DNA from: Prevotella sp. UBA5379
GTDB lineage: Bacteria; Bacteroidota; Bacteroidia; Bacteroidales; Bacteroidaceae
DNA: 64,000 nucleotides
Reading direction: 5' to 3'
Assembly: GCA_002409785.1 (NCBI GenBank)
Contig: DHOX01000092.1
Span: forward strand, 39,593-103,592
The notes under the pieces are model-generated. The model saw nothing but the letters and a program-made list of their open reading frames with translations, did not search any database and had not been told where the DNA came from. Made by a program: the position numbers and the translations under genes. Positions 30,324 to 41,034 of this stretch are shown here, piece by piece; the stretch's first letter is position 1, and each line of letters begins with the position of its first letter.

Positions 30324-31601
30324 ATGACAGAACCTTTAGCTGAAAGAATGAGACCGCGCTCGCTTGACGACTTTGTCGGACAGCAGCATCTGGTAGGGCC
30401 GGGGGGAGTACTCCGTAACATGATAGATTCCGGTCGTATTTCCTCTATGCTCTTATGGGGACCTCCCGGAGTAGGAAAGACTACTTTGGCAAGAATTATC
30501 GCTCATAGGATGAATGTGCCCTTTTTCACGCTCAGTGCAGTGACTAGTGGTGTAAAAGAGGTGAGGGATATTATTAATAAGGCGAGAGATAAAACCCTCT
30601 TTCATCAGGCTTCACCTATCTTGTTTATTGATGAAATTCATCGCTTTTCCAAGAGTCAGCAGGATTCCTTGCTGGGCGCTGTTGAGGACGGAACGGTGAC
30701 CTTGATAGGGGCAACGACTGAAAATCCGTCTTTTGAAGTGATCAGGCCCTTGTTGTCACGCTGCCAGCTCTATGTCCTGCATCCTTTGGAAAAGGACGAC
30801 CTGAAAAAACTTCTTCTCCGAGCCATCTCGCAGGATGTAGAACTCAAGAAAAAGAAGATCATTCTTCAGGAGAGTGGCGCCCTGTTAAGGTATAGCGGTG
30901 GAGATGCCCGGAAACTTCTCAATATCCTTGAACTCGTCGTAGAAGTAGCAGGAAGTGACACTGTTGTCATTACTGATCAGGTTGTGGAGGAACGTCTGCA
31001 GAAGAATCCGTTGGCTTATGACAAGCAGGGGGATATGCATTATGATATTATTTCTGCATTCATTAAAAGCATCAGGGGAAGTGATCCTGATGCAGCATTA
31101 TATTGGCTTGCCCGGATGATTGAGGGGGGAGAACAGCCTGAATTTATTGCCCGCCGGCTGGTTATCAGTGCCGCTGAAGATATTGGCCTGGCTAATCCGA
31201 ATGCCCTTTTGCTGGCTAATGCAGCATTTGATGCAGTCATGAAGATCGGATGGCCGGAAGGCCGTATTCCATTGGCTGAGGCTACGGTGTATCTGGCAGC
31301 GAGCCCGAAAAGCAATTCTGCTTATTTGGGAGTTGATTCTGCTCTCCAACTGGTAAAGAGAACCGGCAACCTCCCTGTACCTCTGCCTATACGTAATGCA
31401 CCGACTAAACTGATGGCAGATCTGGGGTATCATGACGGATATAAATATCCTCATGATTATCCTGGACATTTTACCGAACAGCAATATCTGCCGGATGAGG
31501 TCAAGAGTGCGAGGATATGGCATGCTCAGCATAGTCCTGTGGAAGAGCATCTGTATCAATGGATGAAGACTTGCTGGGGGCAACGTTTTGAGGATAAATA
31601 A
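30324..31601 (+). CDS. rarA: replication-associated recombination protein A (AAA+ ATPase)
   Basis: PLAERMRP, GPPGVGKTT, FIDEIHRF, ATTENPSF, SAFIKSIRGSDPDAA. Confidence 0.95.
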   Translation: MTEPLAERMRPRSLDDFVGQQHLVGPGGVLRNMIDSGRISSMLLWGPPGVGKTTLARIIAHRMNVPFFTLSAVTSGVKEVRDIINKARDKTLFHQASPILFIDEIHRFSKSQQDSLLGAVEDGTVTLIGATTENPSFEVIRPLLSRCQLYVLHPLEKDDLKKLLLRAISQDVELKKKKIILQESGALLRYSGGDARKLLNILELVVEVAGSDTVVITDQVVEERLQKNPLAYDKQGDMHYDIISAFIKSIRGSDPDAALYWLARMIEGGEQPEFIARRLVISAAEDIGLANPNALLLANAAFDAVMKIGWPEGRIPLAEATVYLAASPKSNSAYLGVDSALQLVKRTGNLPVPLPIRNAPTKLMADLGYHDGYKYPHDYPGHFTEQQYLPDEVKSARIWHAQHSPVEEHLYQWMKTCWGQRFEDK

Positions 31602-31667
31602 TAATCTTTTGCCTGTCAACTGAATTAAAATAATTGAAACGGGCATCGGAAATAAAAAACAGTGATC

Positions 31668-32624
31668 ATGAAAATAGTAGAGTTAGATGGTTATGCCGTC
31701 AATCCCGGTGATCTCTCTTGGGATGAACTGAAGGAAATGGGTGAGATGGTGATCTATGATCGTTCGGCACCTGGGCAGGTTGTAGAGCGTGCAAAAGATG
31801 CAGAACTGATTATGACCAATAAAGTGCAAATTACGGATCAGGTCATGTCACAGTTACCTAAATTGAGATATATTGGTATAATGGCGACCGGAATAAATGT
31901 GGTGGATATTGTCGCAGCCAGGAAACGGGGCATCATCGTGACAAATATCCCTTCTTATAGTACAGACAGTGTGGCACAGATGGTGTTTGCCCATATCTTG
32001 AATATTACCAATCAGGTGGACCATTATGCAAACCTAAATCGTAAGGGACGCTGGAGCCATAATCAGGATTTCTGTTACTGGGACAGCCCTATCATAGAAC
32101 TTGCCAATAAGACAATCGGAATAGTCGGCCTGGGCCATATCGGCACTGAGGTGGCGAAGATTGCACGGGATTTCGGGATGGATGTTTTTGCCTATACCAG
32201 CAGGAATGCTACTGATCTGCCAGCAGGAATACAAAAGACCTCTTTGGATGGCCTGTTTGGGGTAAGCGATATTCTTTCTTTGCATTGTCCCTTGACTCCT
32301 GGTACGAGAGAGATGATCAATAAAGAAAGTTTGAAGAAAATGAAAAGAGGGGCTATCTTGATCAATACTGGACGGGGACCTCTGGTCAATGAACAGGATG
32401 TTGCTGATGCCTTGAAGAGTGGCCAATTAGGTGCCTATGGAGCAGATGTCATGGTGTCTGAACCACCGTCGGCTGACAATCCTTTGTTCCTGCAGCCACA
32501 TGCTTATCTTACTCCTCATATTGCATGGGCTTCCAAGGAAGCCCGGATGAGGCTGATGAAAATATGTGTCGATAATGTCAGGGCTTTTCTTGCCGGACAT
32601 CCTGTTCATGTCGTCAATCAATAA
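31668..32624 (+). CDS. D-2-hydroxyacid dehydrogenase (glycerate dehydrogenase/hydroxypyruvate reductase-like)
   Basis: LDGYAVNPGD, GIVGLGHIG, SLHCPL, INTGRG, EPP, TPHIAWAS. Confidence 0.88.
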   Translation: MKIVELDGYAVNPGDLSWDELKEMGEMVIYDRSAPGQVVERAKDAELIMTNKVQITDQVMSQLPKLRYIGIMATGINVVDIVAARKRGIIVTNIPSYSTDSVAQMVFAHILNITNQVDHYANLNRKGRWSHNQDFCYWDSPIIELANKTIGIVGLGHIGTEVAKIARDFGMDVFAYTSRNATDLPAGIQKTSLDGLFGVSDILSLHCPLTPGTREMINKESLKKMKRGAILINTGRGPLVNEQDVADALKSGQLGAYGADVMVSEPPSADNPLFLQPHAYLTPHIAWASKEARMRLMKICVDNVRAFLAGHPVHVVNQ

Positions 32625-32738
32625 ACGTTAATGTTCTTTTCCTGTCTTTGCAGAAACAGCACTGTTGATGGCATGGCAAAGAGCTGTCAACTGGCATTTT
32701 GCTAAAGAGAATGGATTCTTTTATTCATAAGATAAAAA

Positions 32739-33377
32739 ATGCTTTATCCTGATCCCCAATTTGTCTCAACACTTCAGAAAGTCATTGAGTTTATAGGTAC
32801 TTTCGCTTTTGCAGTTTCCGGTATTCGGCTGGCGGCTACAAAACATTTCGATTGGTTTGGCGGTTTCGTCTGTGGTTTTGCCGTCGCCATAGGAGGGGGG
32901 ACCATTCGTGATGTCATGCTGGGCGTCACTCCCTTCTGGATGACTTCTTCCATTTATATTCTTTGTACTTTCTTAGCTCAGGCCATCGTTATTGTTTTTC
33001 ATAAATACCTGAAAAGACTGGATAATACCTGGCTTATCTTTGACACTCTGGGACTTGCCCTGTTCAATATCGCCGGGATCCAGAAGTCTCTGGCCCTGGG
33101 ATTTCCTTTTTGGGTAGCTATTGTCATGGGATGTATTACTGGTGCGGCCGGAGGAATTATCAGAGATGTCCTGCTCAACATAGAACCGGTCATCTTCCGT
33201 AAGGAGATCTATGCTTCTGCCTGTCTTGCGGGAGGATTGATTTACTGGGTCCTCTATTTGCTTAAAGTGAATATCGCGATAACAGCAGTCTCAAGTTTTT
33301 TAGTGGTCTGCATCATCCGTTTCCTGGCAGTAAAGTATCATATCTCTTTACCGATATTGCATGATGAAGAACAATGA
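32739..33377 (+). CDS. trimeric intracellular cation channel family (UPF0126) membrane protein
   Basis: GTFAFAVSG, GGGTIRDVMLG, GGIIRDVL and EIYASA duplicated motifs. Confidence 0.88.
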   Translation: MLYPDPQFVSTLQKVIEFIGTFAFAVSGIRLAATKHFDWFGGFVCGFAVAIGGGTIRDVMLGVTPFWMTSSIYILCTFLAQAIVIVFHKYLKRLDNTWLIFDTLGLALFNIAGIQKSLALGFPFWVAIVMGCITGAAGGIIRDVLLNIEPVIFRKEIYASACLAGGLIYWVLYLLKVNIAITAVSSFLVVCIIRFLAVKYHISLPILHDEEQ

Positions 33378-33466
33378 AAACAAGAGATGATAGGGAAAAG
33401 TGGTTCAAATAATATTGTCGTTTTGTTGACGATAAGAAAGAATCATAGTCACTGATTTTTATGACG

Positions 33467-33559
33467 ATAGTCACTTGTGGACGATATGGTGCATTTTGCC
33501 CCCCTAAAATGGTGCATTATGGTACCCCAAAATGCACCATATTGCTCCTTAATGACTAT
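33467..33559. repeat. 93-bp element bounded by 32-bp imperfect inverted repeats with a 15-bp perfect core
   Basis: 33467-33498 ATAGTCACTTGTGGACGATATGGTGCATTTTG versus the reverse complement of 33528-33559 ATAGTCATTAAGGAGCAATATGGTGCATTTTG. A third ATGGTGCATT copy lies in the spacer. Confidence 0.75.
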
Positions 33560-33643
33560 ACCCCCTGAATCAAGCGTCCAGGTCAGGGACATTAAGACCC
33601 TGTAATCATATTTATACTGTAAAAAGGTATCTTTTCAATGATG

Positions 33644-33714
33644 AGCGGGGTACGGGAATCGAACCCGCCTCCCAGGCTTGGGAAGCCCGTACACTACCGA
33701 TGTGCTAACCCCGC
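33644..33714 (-). tRNA. tRNA-Gly (CCC)
   Basis: GCGGGGTTAGCACATCGGTAGTGTACGGGCTTCCCAAGCCTGGGAGGCGGGTTCGATTCCCGTACCCCGCT folds as a cloverleaf; anticodon CCC. Confidence 0.93.
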
Positions 33715-33748
33715 AATAACAATGAGAAAAGATAACTGAACATTGTTG

Positions 33749-33821
<73 letters not shown>

Positions 33822-33861
33822 GATTTGCGACTGCAAAGGTAATCAAATTTATTTAAAAAGA

Positions 33862-33923
33862 AAAAAGGAGAGCGGGGAAATTCTGACTTTAACGTCTGTT
33901 AAGAATTCCCCGATCTCCTTTTT
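33862..33923 (-). terminator. terminator after clpC
   Basis: AAAAAGGAGA.CGGGGAAATTCT...AGAATTCCCCG.TCTCCTTTTT long inverted repeat with A/T tails on both sides. Confidence 0.75.
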
Positions 33924-33944
33924 CTGAGCCCCCTGTAGGTAGTT

Positions 33945-36539
33945 CTATTTCACCTGTGGTGTTTCCTGCGTTTGAATTTCCATCTTAGGCAAAGGACTCT
34001 CCTTAAAAGTCAGTTCGTCTTTATTAGGGTTCTTGCCAATGGAAATCTGTGCCCCTTGCTTGATGTTACCGTTGAGGATCTTTTCGCATAGTCCATCCTC
34101 AATATACTGTTGGATGGCGCGTTTCAGAGGACGGGCGCCAAACTGCACATCGTATCCTTTGGTTGCTACAAATTCCTTTGCCTTATCCGTAATCTGGATA
34201 TGATAGCCAAGGTCATTGATGCGCTTCGACAAACTGATCAACTCTAAGTCGATGATCTTCTTGATAGAGTTCATATCCAACTGGTCGAAAGTAATGATTT
34301 CATCGAGGCGGTTAAGGAATTCAGGAGAGAACTGTCTGCTCAGACTCTTCTGGATAATGGAACGGGCATACTGCTTGTCATACTCATTATTTGCCAGGCC
34401 CTGGGTCCCTGCAGCATTGAATCCTATTCCGCGTCCGAATTCCTTCAGTTGTTTCGTACCGGCATTGGAGGTCATGATGATCACGGTGTTGCGGAAATCT
34501 ACTAGCCTTCCATTCCCATCCGTGAGGCGCCCCTCATCGAGTACCTGCAGCAGAAGATTGAATACATTGCCATGAGCTTTTTCGATCTCGTCAAGTAAGA
34601 CGATGGAATAGGGATGTCTGCGAACCTGCTCGGTAAGTTGCCCGCCTTCTTCATAGCCGACATACCCCGGGGGAGCTCCGATAAGTCTGGAGACATTGAA
34701 ACTTTCCGTATACTCACTCATATCTATCCGGATGAGTGCGTCCGTAGAGCCGAACATCTGTTCAGCCAGTTTCTTGGCAGTATAAGTTTTACCTACACCC
34801 GTTGGTCCCAGGAACATGAAGGCGCCGATGGGGTGGTTCGGGTCTTTTAACCCTACACGGTTACGCTGGATGGCCCTTACCAGAGTATCGATGGCAGTAT
34901 CCTGACCGATGACTTGCTTCTTGAGTTCAGCAGACATCCTGCGAAGCCGGATACCTTCGGCCTCTTCCATTTTCTGGACAGGGACACCTGTCATCATTGA
35001 GACGACATCAGCCACTTGAGGTTCATCAACGACGACTTTCTCGCCTGTTTCACCTTTGGCCCATTTATCCTGAAAGTCTTGCAACTGCTGTTCCAGTTCC
35101 GTCTGGCGGTCCCTGTAGCTTGCTGCCAGTTCGAAATTCTGACTCTGTACGGCATTTTGCTTCTTTTTCTTCACCTCTTCGATTTCTTTTTCCCTCTCGG
35201 TGACCTCTGGTGGGATCTTTGCATGCTTGAGATGAACCCTTGACCCTACTTCATCCAGAACATCAATAGCCTTGTCCGGGAAAAAGCGATCCGTTACATA
35301 ACGGTCTGTCAGTTTGACACACGCCTTGAGCGCCTCATCTGTATAACTCACATGGTGGTGCTGCTCATATCTGTCCTTGATATTGTTAAGGATCTGCAGC
35401 GTTTCCTCCGAGTTTGTTGGGTCAATGAGCACTTTCTGGAACCGGCGTGCAAGTGCTCCGTCTTTTTCTATCGTGTTCCGGTACTCATCAAGGGTTGTTG
35501 CCCCAATGCACTGGATGGTGCCCCTTGCCAAAGCCGGTTTTAAGATGTTGGCAGCATCCATGCTTCCCGGTGTAGCTCCAGCTCCGATGATCGTATGGAT
35601 TTCATCAATAAAGATGATAATATCCGGGTTCTTCTCCAGTTCCTGGATGAGGGCACGGATCCGTTCCTCGAATTGTCCCCGGTATTTGGTTCCTGCAACG
35701 ATGCCCGTCAGATCGAGACTGACCAGACGCTTGTTGAACAGGATCGGAGAAGTATGATGCTTTACGATCAACTGGGCCAATCCTTCGACGATAGCACTTT
35801 TGCCTACTCCGGGTTCACCTATTAATATAGGATTATTCTTCTTTCGTCTTCCCAGAATCTCGATAACCCTTTCTATTTCCTTTTGCCGGCCCACAACCGG
35901 ATCAAGTTTATCTTCCAGTGCAGCCTGGGTGAGATCCGTTGAAAACTTGTCGATCACCGGTGTCTTACCGTTTCCTCGACGTGTTGTGATGGTCGGATTA
36001 GCCTGAGCAGAATTGTTTCCACTGTCATCTTGAAAATTGAAAGAGGAATCATCGTCATCCTCATCCTCATCAGGCAGTTGAAGTCCATCCTGGGCCGGTT
36101 TTGCCATTTGCCGCACATAAGTGAGCGTGTCTTGATAGTTCATGTGATTATATTCCAGTACTTCTTTAGCCCCGTTATTTACTTGATCATGCAATATGGC
36201 CAGAAGGACATGCTGCACATCTACCAGATTGGTATGCTGTACGCGGGCTTCCAGTACAGCGAGTTTCAAAATATTGCTGGCTTGTTCATTCAACACGAGT
36301 TCTGAGGTGATCAGCAGTTCTGACAGTTCGTCTTCCCTGACTTTATCCTCAAGTTCCGCCTTTACGGCTTTCAAATTTAGATGGAAGCGCGCAAAAAGAG
36401 CAGGAATGATCCCCTTCTTCTCCCTTAACATAGCGAGAAGAATATGCTCGGGTCCTACCGTTCTACTTTCAAGACGGCTAGCTTCTTCGCGGGAAAAGGC
36501 GAGGATTTCAGATACCTTTGGTGAAAATTGACTAGTCAT
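33945..36539 (-). CDS. clpC: ATP-dependent Clp protease ATP-binding subunit ClpC
   Basis: Clp N-domain repeats; GEPGVGKS and GPTGVGKT Walker A motifs; UVR-type M-domain (QNFELAASYRDRQ); IGF loop; GARPLKR. Confidence 0.92.
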   Translation of the reverse strand: MTSQFSPKVSEILAFSREEASRLESRTVGPEHILLAMLREKKGIIPALFARFHLNLKAVKAELEDKVREDELSELLITSELVLNEQASNILKLAVLEARVQHTNLVDVQHVLLAILHDQVNNGAKEVLEYNHMNYQDTLTYVRQMAKPAQDGLQLPDEDEDDDDSSFNFQDDSGNNSAQANPTITTRRGNGKTPVIDKFSTDLTQAALEDKLDPVVGRQKEIERVIEILGRRKKNNPILIGEPGVGKSAIVEGLAQLIVKHHTSPILFNKRLVSLDLTGIVAGTKYRGQFEERIRALIQELEKNPDIIIFIDEIHTIIGAGATPGSMDAANILKPALARGTIQCIGATTLDEYRNTIEKDGALARRFQKVLIDPTNSEETLQILNNIKDRYEQHHHVSYTDEALKACVKLTDRYVTDRFFPDKAIDVLDEVGSRVHLKHAKIPPEVTEREKEIEEVKKKKQNAVQSQNFELAASYRDRQTELEQQLQDFQDKWAKGETGEKVVVDEPQVADVVSMMTGVPVQKMEEAEGIRLRRMSAELKKQVIGQDTAIDTLVRAIQRNRVGLKDPNHPIGAFMFLGPTGVGKTYTAKKLAEQMFGSTDALIRIDMSEYTESFNVSRLIGAPPGYVGYEEGGQLTEQVRRHPYSIVLLDEIEKAHGNVFNLLLQVLDEGRLTDGNGRLVDFRNTVIIMTSNAGTKQLKEFGRGIGFNAAGTQGLANNEYDKQYARSIIQKSLSRQFSPEFLNRLDEIITFDQLDMNSIKKIIDLELISLSKRINDLGYHIQITDKAKEFVATKGYDVQFGARPLKRAIQQYIEDGLCEKILNGNIKQGAQISIGKNPNKDELTFKESPLPKMEIQTQETPQVK

Positions 36540-36839
36540 ATATCTTTTCCTTTCTATTATTAAATCTCATTACAAATATAAAACTATTTTCTGAATTTGC
36601 AAACACTGTGCCAATATTATTTTCAAATCAGGAAACAGGGAAATAAAGATACCTTTTTTTGTTCTGTTCATTTGATTTTTTCGCTATAACGCTTTTACAT
36701 TCGGAATATTTTTTGTAAATTTGTCTCGCTTAATCAGTACCTGAAGTGAATAGAGAAGGTTTAAATGGCCTCTATGGGCCTTTTCTTTAAAATGAGTAAG
36801 CATAAAATGTAAGTTATATATAAACAATTAGATATAATA

Positions 36840-39521
36840 ATGGACGATAATCAAACAATCGATCAAGACCGGATCCTGAAGATCAACATCGAGGAAGAGA
36901 TGAAGACATCCTACATCGACTACTCTATGTCGGTGATTGTAGCTCGTGCCCTTCCAGATGTCCGTGATGGTTTCAAACCTGTACACCGCCGTATTCTTTA
37001 CGGTATGCTCGGAATCGGAAATACCAGTGATAAGCCGTATAAGAAATGTGCGCGTGTAGTAGGAGAAGTACTGGGTAAGTACCATCCTCATGGTGATTCC
37101 TCTGTTTATGGGGCTCTTGTCCGTATGGGCCAGGACTGGAACATGCGTTATCCGCTGGTTGATGGTCAAGGTAATTTCGGTTCCGTAGATGGAGATTCTC
37201 CCGCAGCCATGCGTTATACGGAATGCAGGCTTTCCAAGATCGGTGAGCATGTCATGGATGATCTGGATAAGGAGACCGTCAACATGACGAATAATTTTGA
37301 TGACACTTTGAAAGAACCCACCGTGATGCCTACCAAGATTCCAAATCTTTTGGTAAATGGTGCCAACGGTATTGCTGTGGGGATGGCCACGAACATTCCC
37401 ACGCATAATCTCAATGAGGTAATAGATGGTTGCTGCGCCTATATCGACAATCCTGATATTGATCTGGATGGGTTGATGAAATATATCAAGGCTCCGGATT
37501 TTCCAACTGGGGCTTATATATATGGTATCCAGGGTGTGCGTCAGGCTTATGAGACCGGTCGTGGAAGAATCGTGATGCGGGCTAAGGCTAATATTGAGAG
37601 CGACGAGAGCCATGACAAAATTGTCATTACTGAGATTCCATACGGTGTCAATAAGGCAGAACTTATTGAATATATCGCCGAGTTGGTCAAAGAAGGAAAG
37701 ATCCAAGGTATCTCCAATGCAAATGACGAGTCTGGCCGTCAGGGCATGCGGATCGTCATCGATATCAAGAAGGATGCCAATGCGAATGTTATTCTGAACA
37801 AACTGTTCAAGATGACTGCGTTGCAGAGTTCTTTTTCCGTAAACTGTATAGCCTTGGTCAAGGGCCGTCCCCGCTTGCTGAGTCTGAAAGATTGCGTGAA
37901 GTATTTTGTGGAGCATCGTCATGAAGTGACTGTCCGCAGAACACAATATGATCTGAAGAAAGCCCAGGAACGTGCCCACATCCTTGAGGGATTGATTATC
38001 GCCTGCGACCACATAGATGAGGTAGTACATCTGATCAGGGGGAGCAAGACTCCGCTTGACGCCCAGCATAATCTGGAACAGCGGTTTAACCTGGACGAAC
38101 TTCAGAGTAAGGCTATTGTTGATATGAGGCTTTCCCAGCTTACCGGTCTTCGGATGGATCAGTTACATGCTGAATATAGTGACCTGGAGAAGAAGATTTC
38201 TTATTATCAGCAAATTCTCGATGATCCGGAACTGTGCAAAAAAGTTATGAAAGATGATCTCCGTGAGGTTGAGGAGAAGTTTGGCGATCCCCGCCGGACC
38301 GAAATCAAGTATTCTTCTGAGGAGTTTAACCCGGAAGATTTCTATCCGAATGATCCTGTTGTCATCACTGTCAGTCATTTAGGTTATATCAAGCGTACTC
38401 CGCTCAACCAGTTCCGGGAACAGGCTCGTGGCGGAGTGGGAGCTAAGGGCGCCCGTACCCGTGACAAAGACTTTACGGAATTCATCTATCCGGCAACCAT
38501 GCATGAGACCATGTTGCTTTTTACCCGGAAGGGACGTGTCTATTGGCTGAAATGCTACGAGATCCCGGAAGGGGATAAAAATGCCAAGGGACGTGCCATC
38601 CAGAATCTTTTGAATATTGATAAAAATGATCAGGTGAATGCCTTCCTCAGATTAAAAGGATTGCATGATGAAAAATTTATTACTACTCATTATGTCGTCT
38701 TTTCTACTAAGATGGGAACAGTGAAGAAGACCTGCCTGGATCAGTATGCTCATCCTCGTGCCAATGGTGTTATTGCCATTAATATCGTTGATGGGGATGA
38801 GGTCGTAGATGTCCGCCTGACAAATGGCCATAATGAGTTGATTATGGCTAATCGTAATGGACGTGCCGTGCGCTTCAATGAGAATGCCATTCGTCCTATG
38901 GGGCGTACAGCTACGGGAGTACGGGGCATACGACTCGATCCTGATTCGGATGCTTGCATAGGCATGATCGTCATCAATGATCCTGAACAGGAAAGTGTCA
39001 TGGTGGTGAGTGAAGAAGGATATGGCAAGCGTTCTTCCGTTGAGGACTATCGTATTACCAACCGGGGAGGAAAGGGTGTGAAAACCTTAACCATTACGGA
39101 GAAAACCGGCAAACTCGTTGCGATCAAGAACGTGTCGGACAAGAATGATTTGATGATTATTAATAAGAGTGGTATCGTCATCCGACTGGCTGTCGCTGAC
39201 GTCCGGATCATGGGCAGGGTTACGCAAGGCGTGCGGCTGATCAATCTTGCTAAGAAAAATGATGTGATCGCCGGTGTCTGCAAGGTCATGAGCAGTGAGC
39301 TTGAAGTTACTGCAGAAGAGGAAAGTCGTGCCTTATGGGCAAAAAAGAGTGAGGAGATCAAACAGGATGGAATTGCGGATGTCGTTTCTGGTGGCCGTTC
39401 GGGATCGGATGATCTTTCTGGCGGAGAAGGATCTGCTGACGGTTCAACTTCCGGTGAGGATGAATCCGATGATGGAGAGAATTCCTCAGATCCTGGACTA
39501 CCCAACACGGATTTAGAATAA
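36840..39521 (+). CDS. gyrA: DNA gyrase subunit A
   Basis: [30 protein letters not shown], GyrA-box QARGGVG, acidic tail. Confidence 0.97.
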   Translation: MDDNQTIDQDRILKINIEEEMKTSYIDYSMSVIVARALPDVRDGFKPVHRRILYGMLGIGNTSDKPYKKCARVVGEVLGKYHPHGDSSVYGALVRMGQDWNMRYPLVDGQGNFGSVDGDSPAAMRYTECRLSKIGEHVMDDLDKETVNMTNNFDDTLKEPTVMPTKIPNLLVNGANGIAVGMATNIPTHNLNEVIDGCCAYIDNPDIDLDGLMKYIKAPDFPTGAYIYGIQGVRQAYETGRGRIVMRAKANIESDESHDKIVITEIPYGVNKAELIEYIAELVKEGKIQGISNANDESGRQGMRIVIDIKKDANANVILNKLFKMTALQSSFSVNCIALVKGRPRLLSLKDCVKYFVEHRHEVTVRRTQYDLKKAQERAHILEGLIIACDHIDEVVHLIRGSKTPLDAQHNLEQRFNLDELQSKAIVDMRLSQLTGLRMDQLHAEYSDLEKKISYYQQILDDPELCKKVMKDDLREVEEKFGDPRRTEIKYSSEEFNPEDFYPNDPVVITVSHLGYIKRTPLNQFREQARGGVGAKGARTRDKDFTEFIYPATMHETMLLFTRKGRVYWLKCYEIPEGDKNAKGRAIQNLLNIDKNDQVNAFLRLKGLHDEKFITTHYVVFSTKMGTVKKTCLDQYAHPRANGVIAINIVDGDEVVDVRLTNGHNELIMANRNGRAVRFNENAIRPMGRTATGVRGIRLDPDSDACIGMIVINDPEQESVMVVSEEGYGKRSSVEDYRITNRGGKGVKTLTITEKTGKLVAIKNVSDKNDLMIINKSGIVIRLAVADVRIMGRVTQGVRLINLAKKNDVIAGVCKVMSSELEVTAEEESRALWAKKSEEIKQDGIADVVSGGRSGSDDLSGGEGSADGSTSGEDESDDGENSSDPGLPNTDLE

Positions 39522-39545
39522 AACAACCTTTAAAGTAAAATAAGT

Positions 39546-40757
39546 ATGAAAAAAAAGTTAATGATTGCGGCTATGATGCTGTTCTGTGCATCTGCCGTCT
39601 TTGCCGGGGATAGTGATGGCCTAAAGACGATCATGAAATCTAAAACCTATGATGAGTGTAAGCAACTTATCGAACAGAACCTGAATTCTCTGGCCAGTAA
39701 TGAAGAAAAAGCAAAGGCCTATAATAAACTTTGCGATCTTGCTTTTGCCAAGTATCAGACGGAATCCTCTACGATGGCTACGAACCAGGCAATGAAGGCT
39801 ATGGGCAAGAATGGTACTCCGGTTGATACCTTAGGGATGGCTGATGCTGCATATAATGCGATTGAAGCAGGTCTGGAATGTGATAAGTATGACGAGATGC
39901 CTAATGAAAAAGGTAAAGTCAAACCTAAGTTCAAAGATGCTAATTCTACCCGTCTAGGGAGTGCTCGTCTGAATATGATTAATTATGGTGGATATTATAT
40001 GCAAAAAGACCAACCCAAGGCTTTGAAGTACTGGTCCTTGTATTTTGATACGCATGATAACCCATTCTTTAAACCTATTCCGGCCGCAACAGAAAAACCG
40101 TATATCGGACAGGTTGCTTATTTCTCTTCAATCTTTGCCCTGAATGCCAAAGATTATGATAAAGTTGAGAAATATACTGACTTTGCAAAGGGCGATTCCA
40201 CTTATGCAAAACCAGCTTTTGATCTGAAACTTCGTGCCATGAGTTCTACCTTGCAAACAAAAGCTGACTCAGTGAAATTTGCGGAGAAACTCCATGTTCT
40301 CTTTGCACAGGATCCTACGAATAGTACAGTTCTCGAGAACTTGATCCAGGTGGAATCCAGACTGAATGGCAGAGAGGCCGGCGAAAAAATCATTGACGAT
40401 GTGCTTACGAAGGATCCTAAAAATTTCGTGGCTCTGTTTTATAAGGCGAACAACCTGATGATGACTCAGAAATATAATGATGCGATCCCTATTCTGAAAA
40501 GTATTCTGGATACAAATCCTAAGGTCGTTCTCGCATGGTATTCTCTCGCAATCTGCTATTATAACCGGGCCGTCACTTCAAAGGCAACGGCAAGTTCTAA
40601 TGTTCTCCTTGATGAGGCCATTAAAGACTATGACAAATGCAAGGAGTTGGATCCTAAGCAGCAACAGGTAAACTGGGGCTACAACCGGTATTCTGCTTAC
40701 TATGCCCGTTATGGTGAGGCTGATCCGAAGACCAAAGAAGCTGAAAAAGATAAGTGA
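39546..40757 (+). CDS. secreted tetratricopeptide repeat protein
   Basis: Sec signal peptide ending AVFA; TPR-like helices (AWYSLAICYYNRA, DKCKELDP). Confidence 0.8.
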   Translation: MKKKLMIAAMMLFCASAVFAGDSDGLKTIMKSKTYDECKQLIEQNLNSLASNEEKAKAYNKLCDLAFAKYQTESSTMATNQAMKAMGKNGTPVDTLGMADAAYNAIEAGLECDKYDEMPNEKGKVKPKFKDANSTRLGSARLNMINYGGYYMQKDQPKALKYWSLYFDTHDNPFFKPIPAATEKPYIGQVAYFSSIFALNAKDYDKVEKYTDFAKGDSTYAKPAFDLKLRAMSSTLQTKADSVKFAEKLHVLFAQDPTNSTVLENLIQVESRLNGREAGEKIIDDVLTKDPKNFVALFYKANNLMMTQKYNDAIPILKSILDTNPKVVLAWYSLAICYYNRAVTSKATASSNVLLDEAIKDYDKCKELDPKQQQVNWGYNRYSAYYARYGEADPKTKEAEKDK

Positions 40758-40782
40758 TTCTGTACTTATGTAATCATTTGAC

Positions 40783-40819
40783 ACGGGATGGTCTTTTCAA
40801 AAAGGATCATCCCGTTTTC
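40783..40819 (+). terminator. rho-independent terminator after gyrA-TPR
   Basis: ACGGGATGGTCTT/AGGATCATCCCGT stem followed by a T run. Confidence 0.7.
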
Positions 40820-41034
40820 TAGTTAAGGCTTTTGAGTCCATAAGTGATTATGACCGGAAAAGGATATTCTGTTCTTATTCGGTCATTTGTTCATCTAATA
40901 ACGGCGATAGATGACAGAATTGAAATAGAAATGCAGATGTTTTGCAATTTGTCTGTTCAATAACCTAACAAAATGGAAAAAATTTGGGGCTTTCATGTTT
41001 TTTTATTAACTTTGTCACCTAATTGATAACAAGC

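Noticed and set aside
36828..38069. 413-aa antisense ORF over gyrA
   Set aside because: It is a shadow frame of a conserved, codon-biased gene and has no recognisable motifs. The same applies to antisense ORFs over carA/carB, DUF1015 and clpC.
39340..39521. Gly/Ser/Asp low-complexity GyrA tail
   Set aside because: Variable acidic C-terminal tails are a known GyrA feature.
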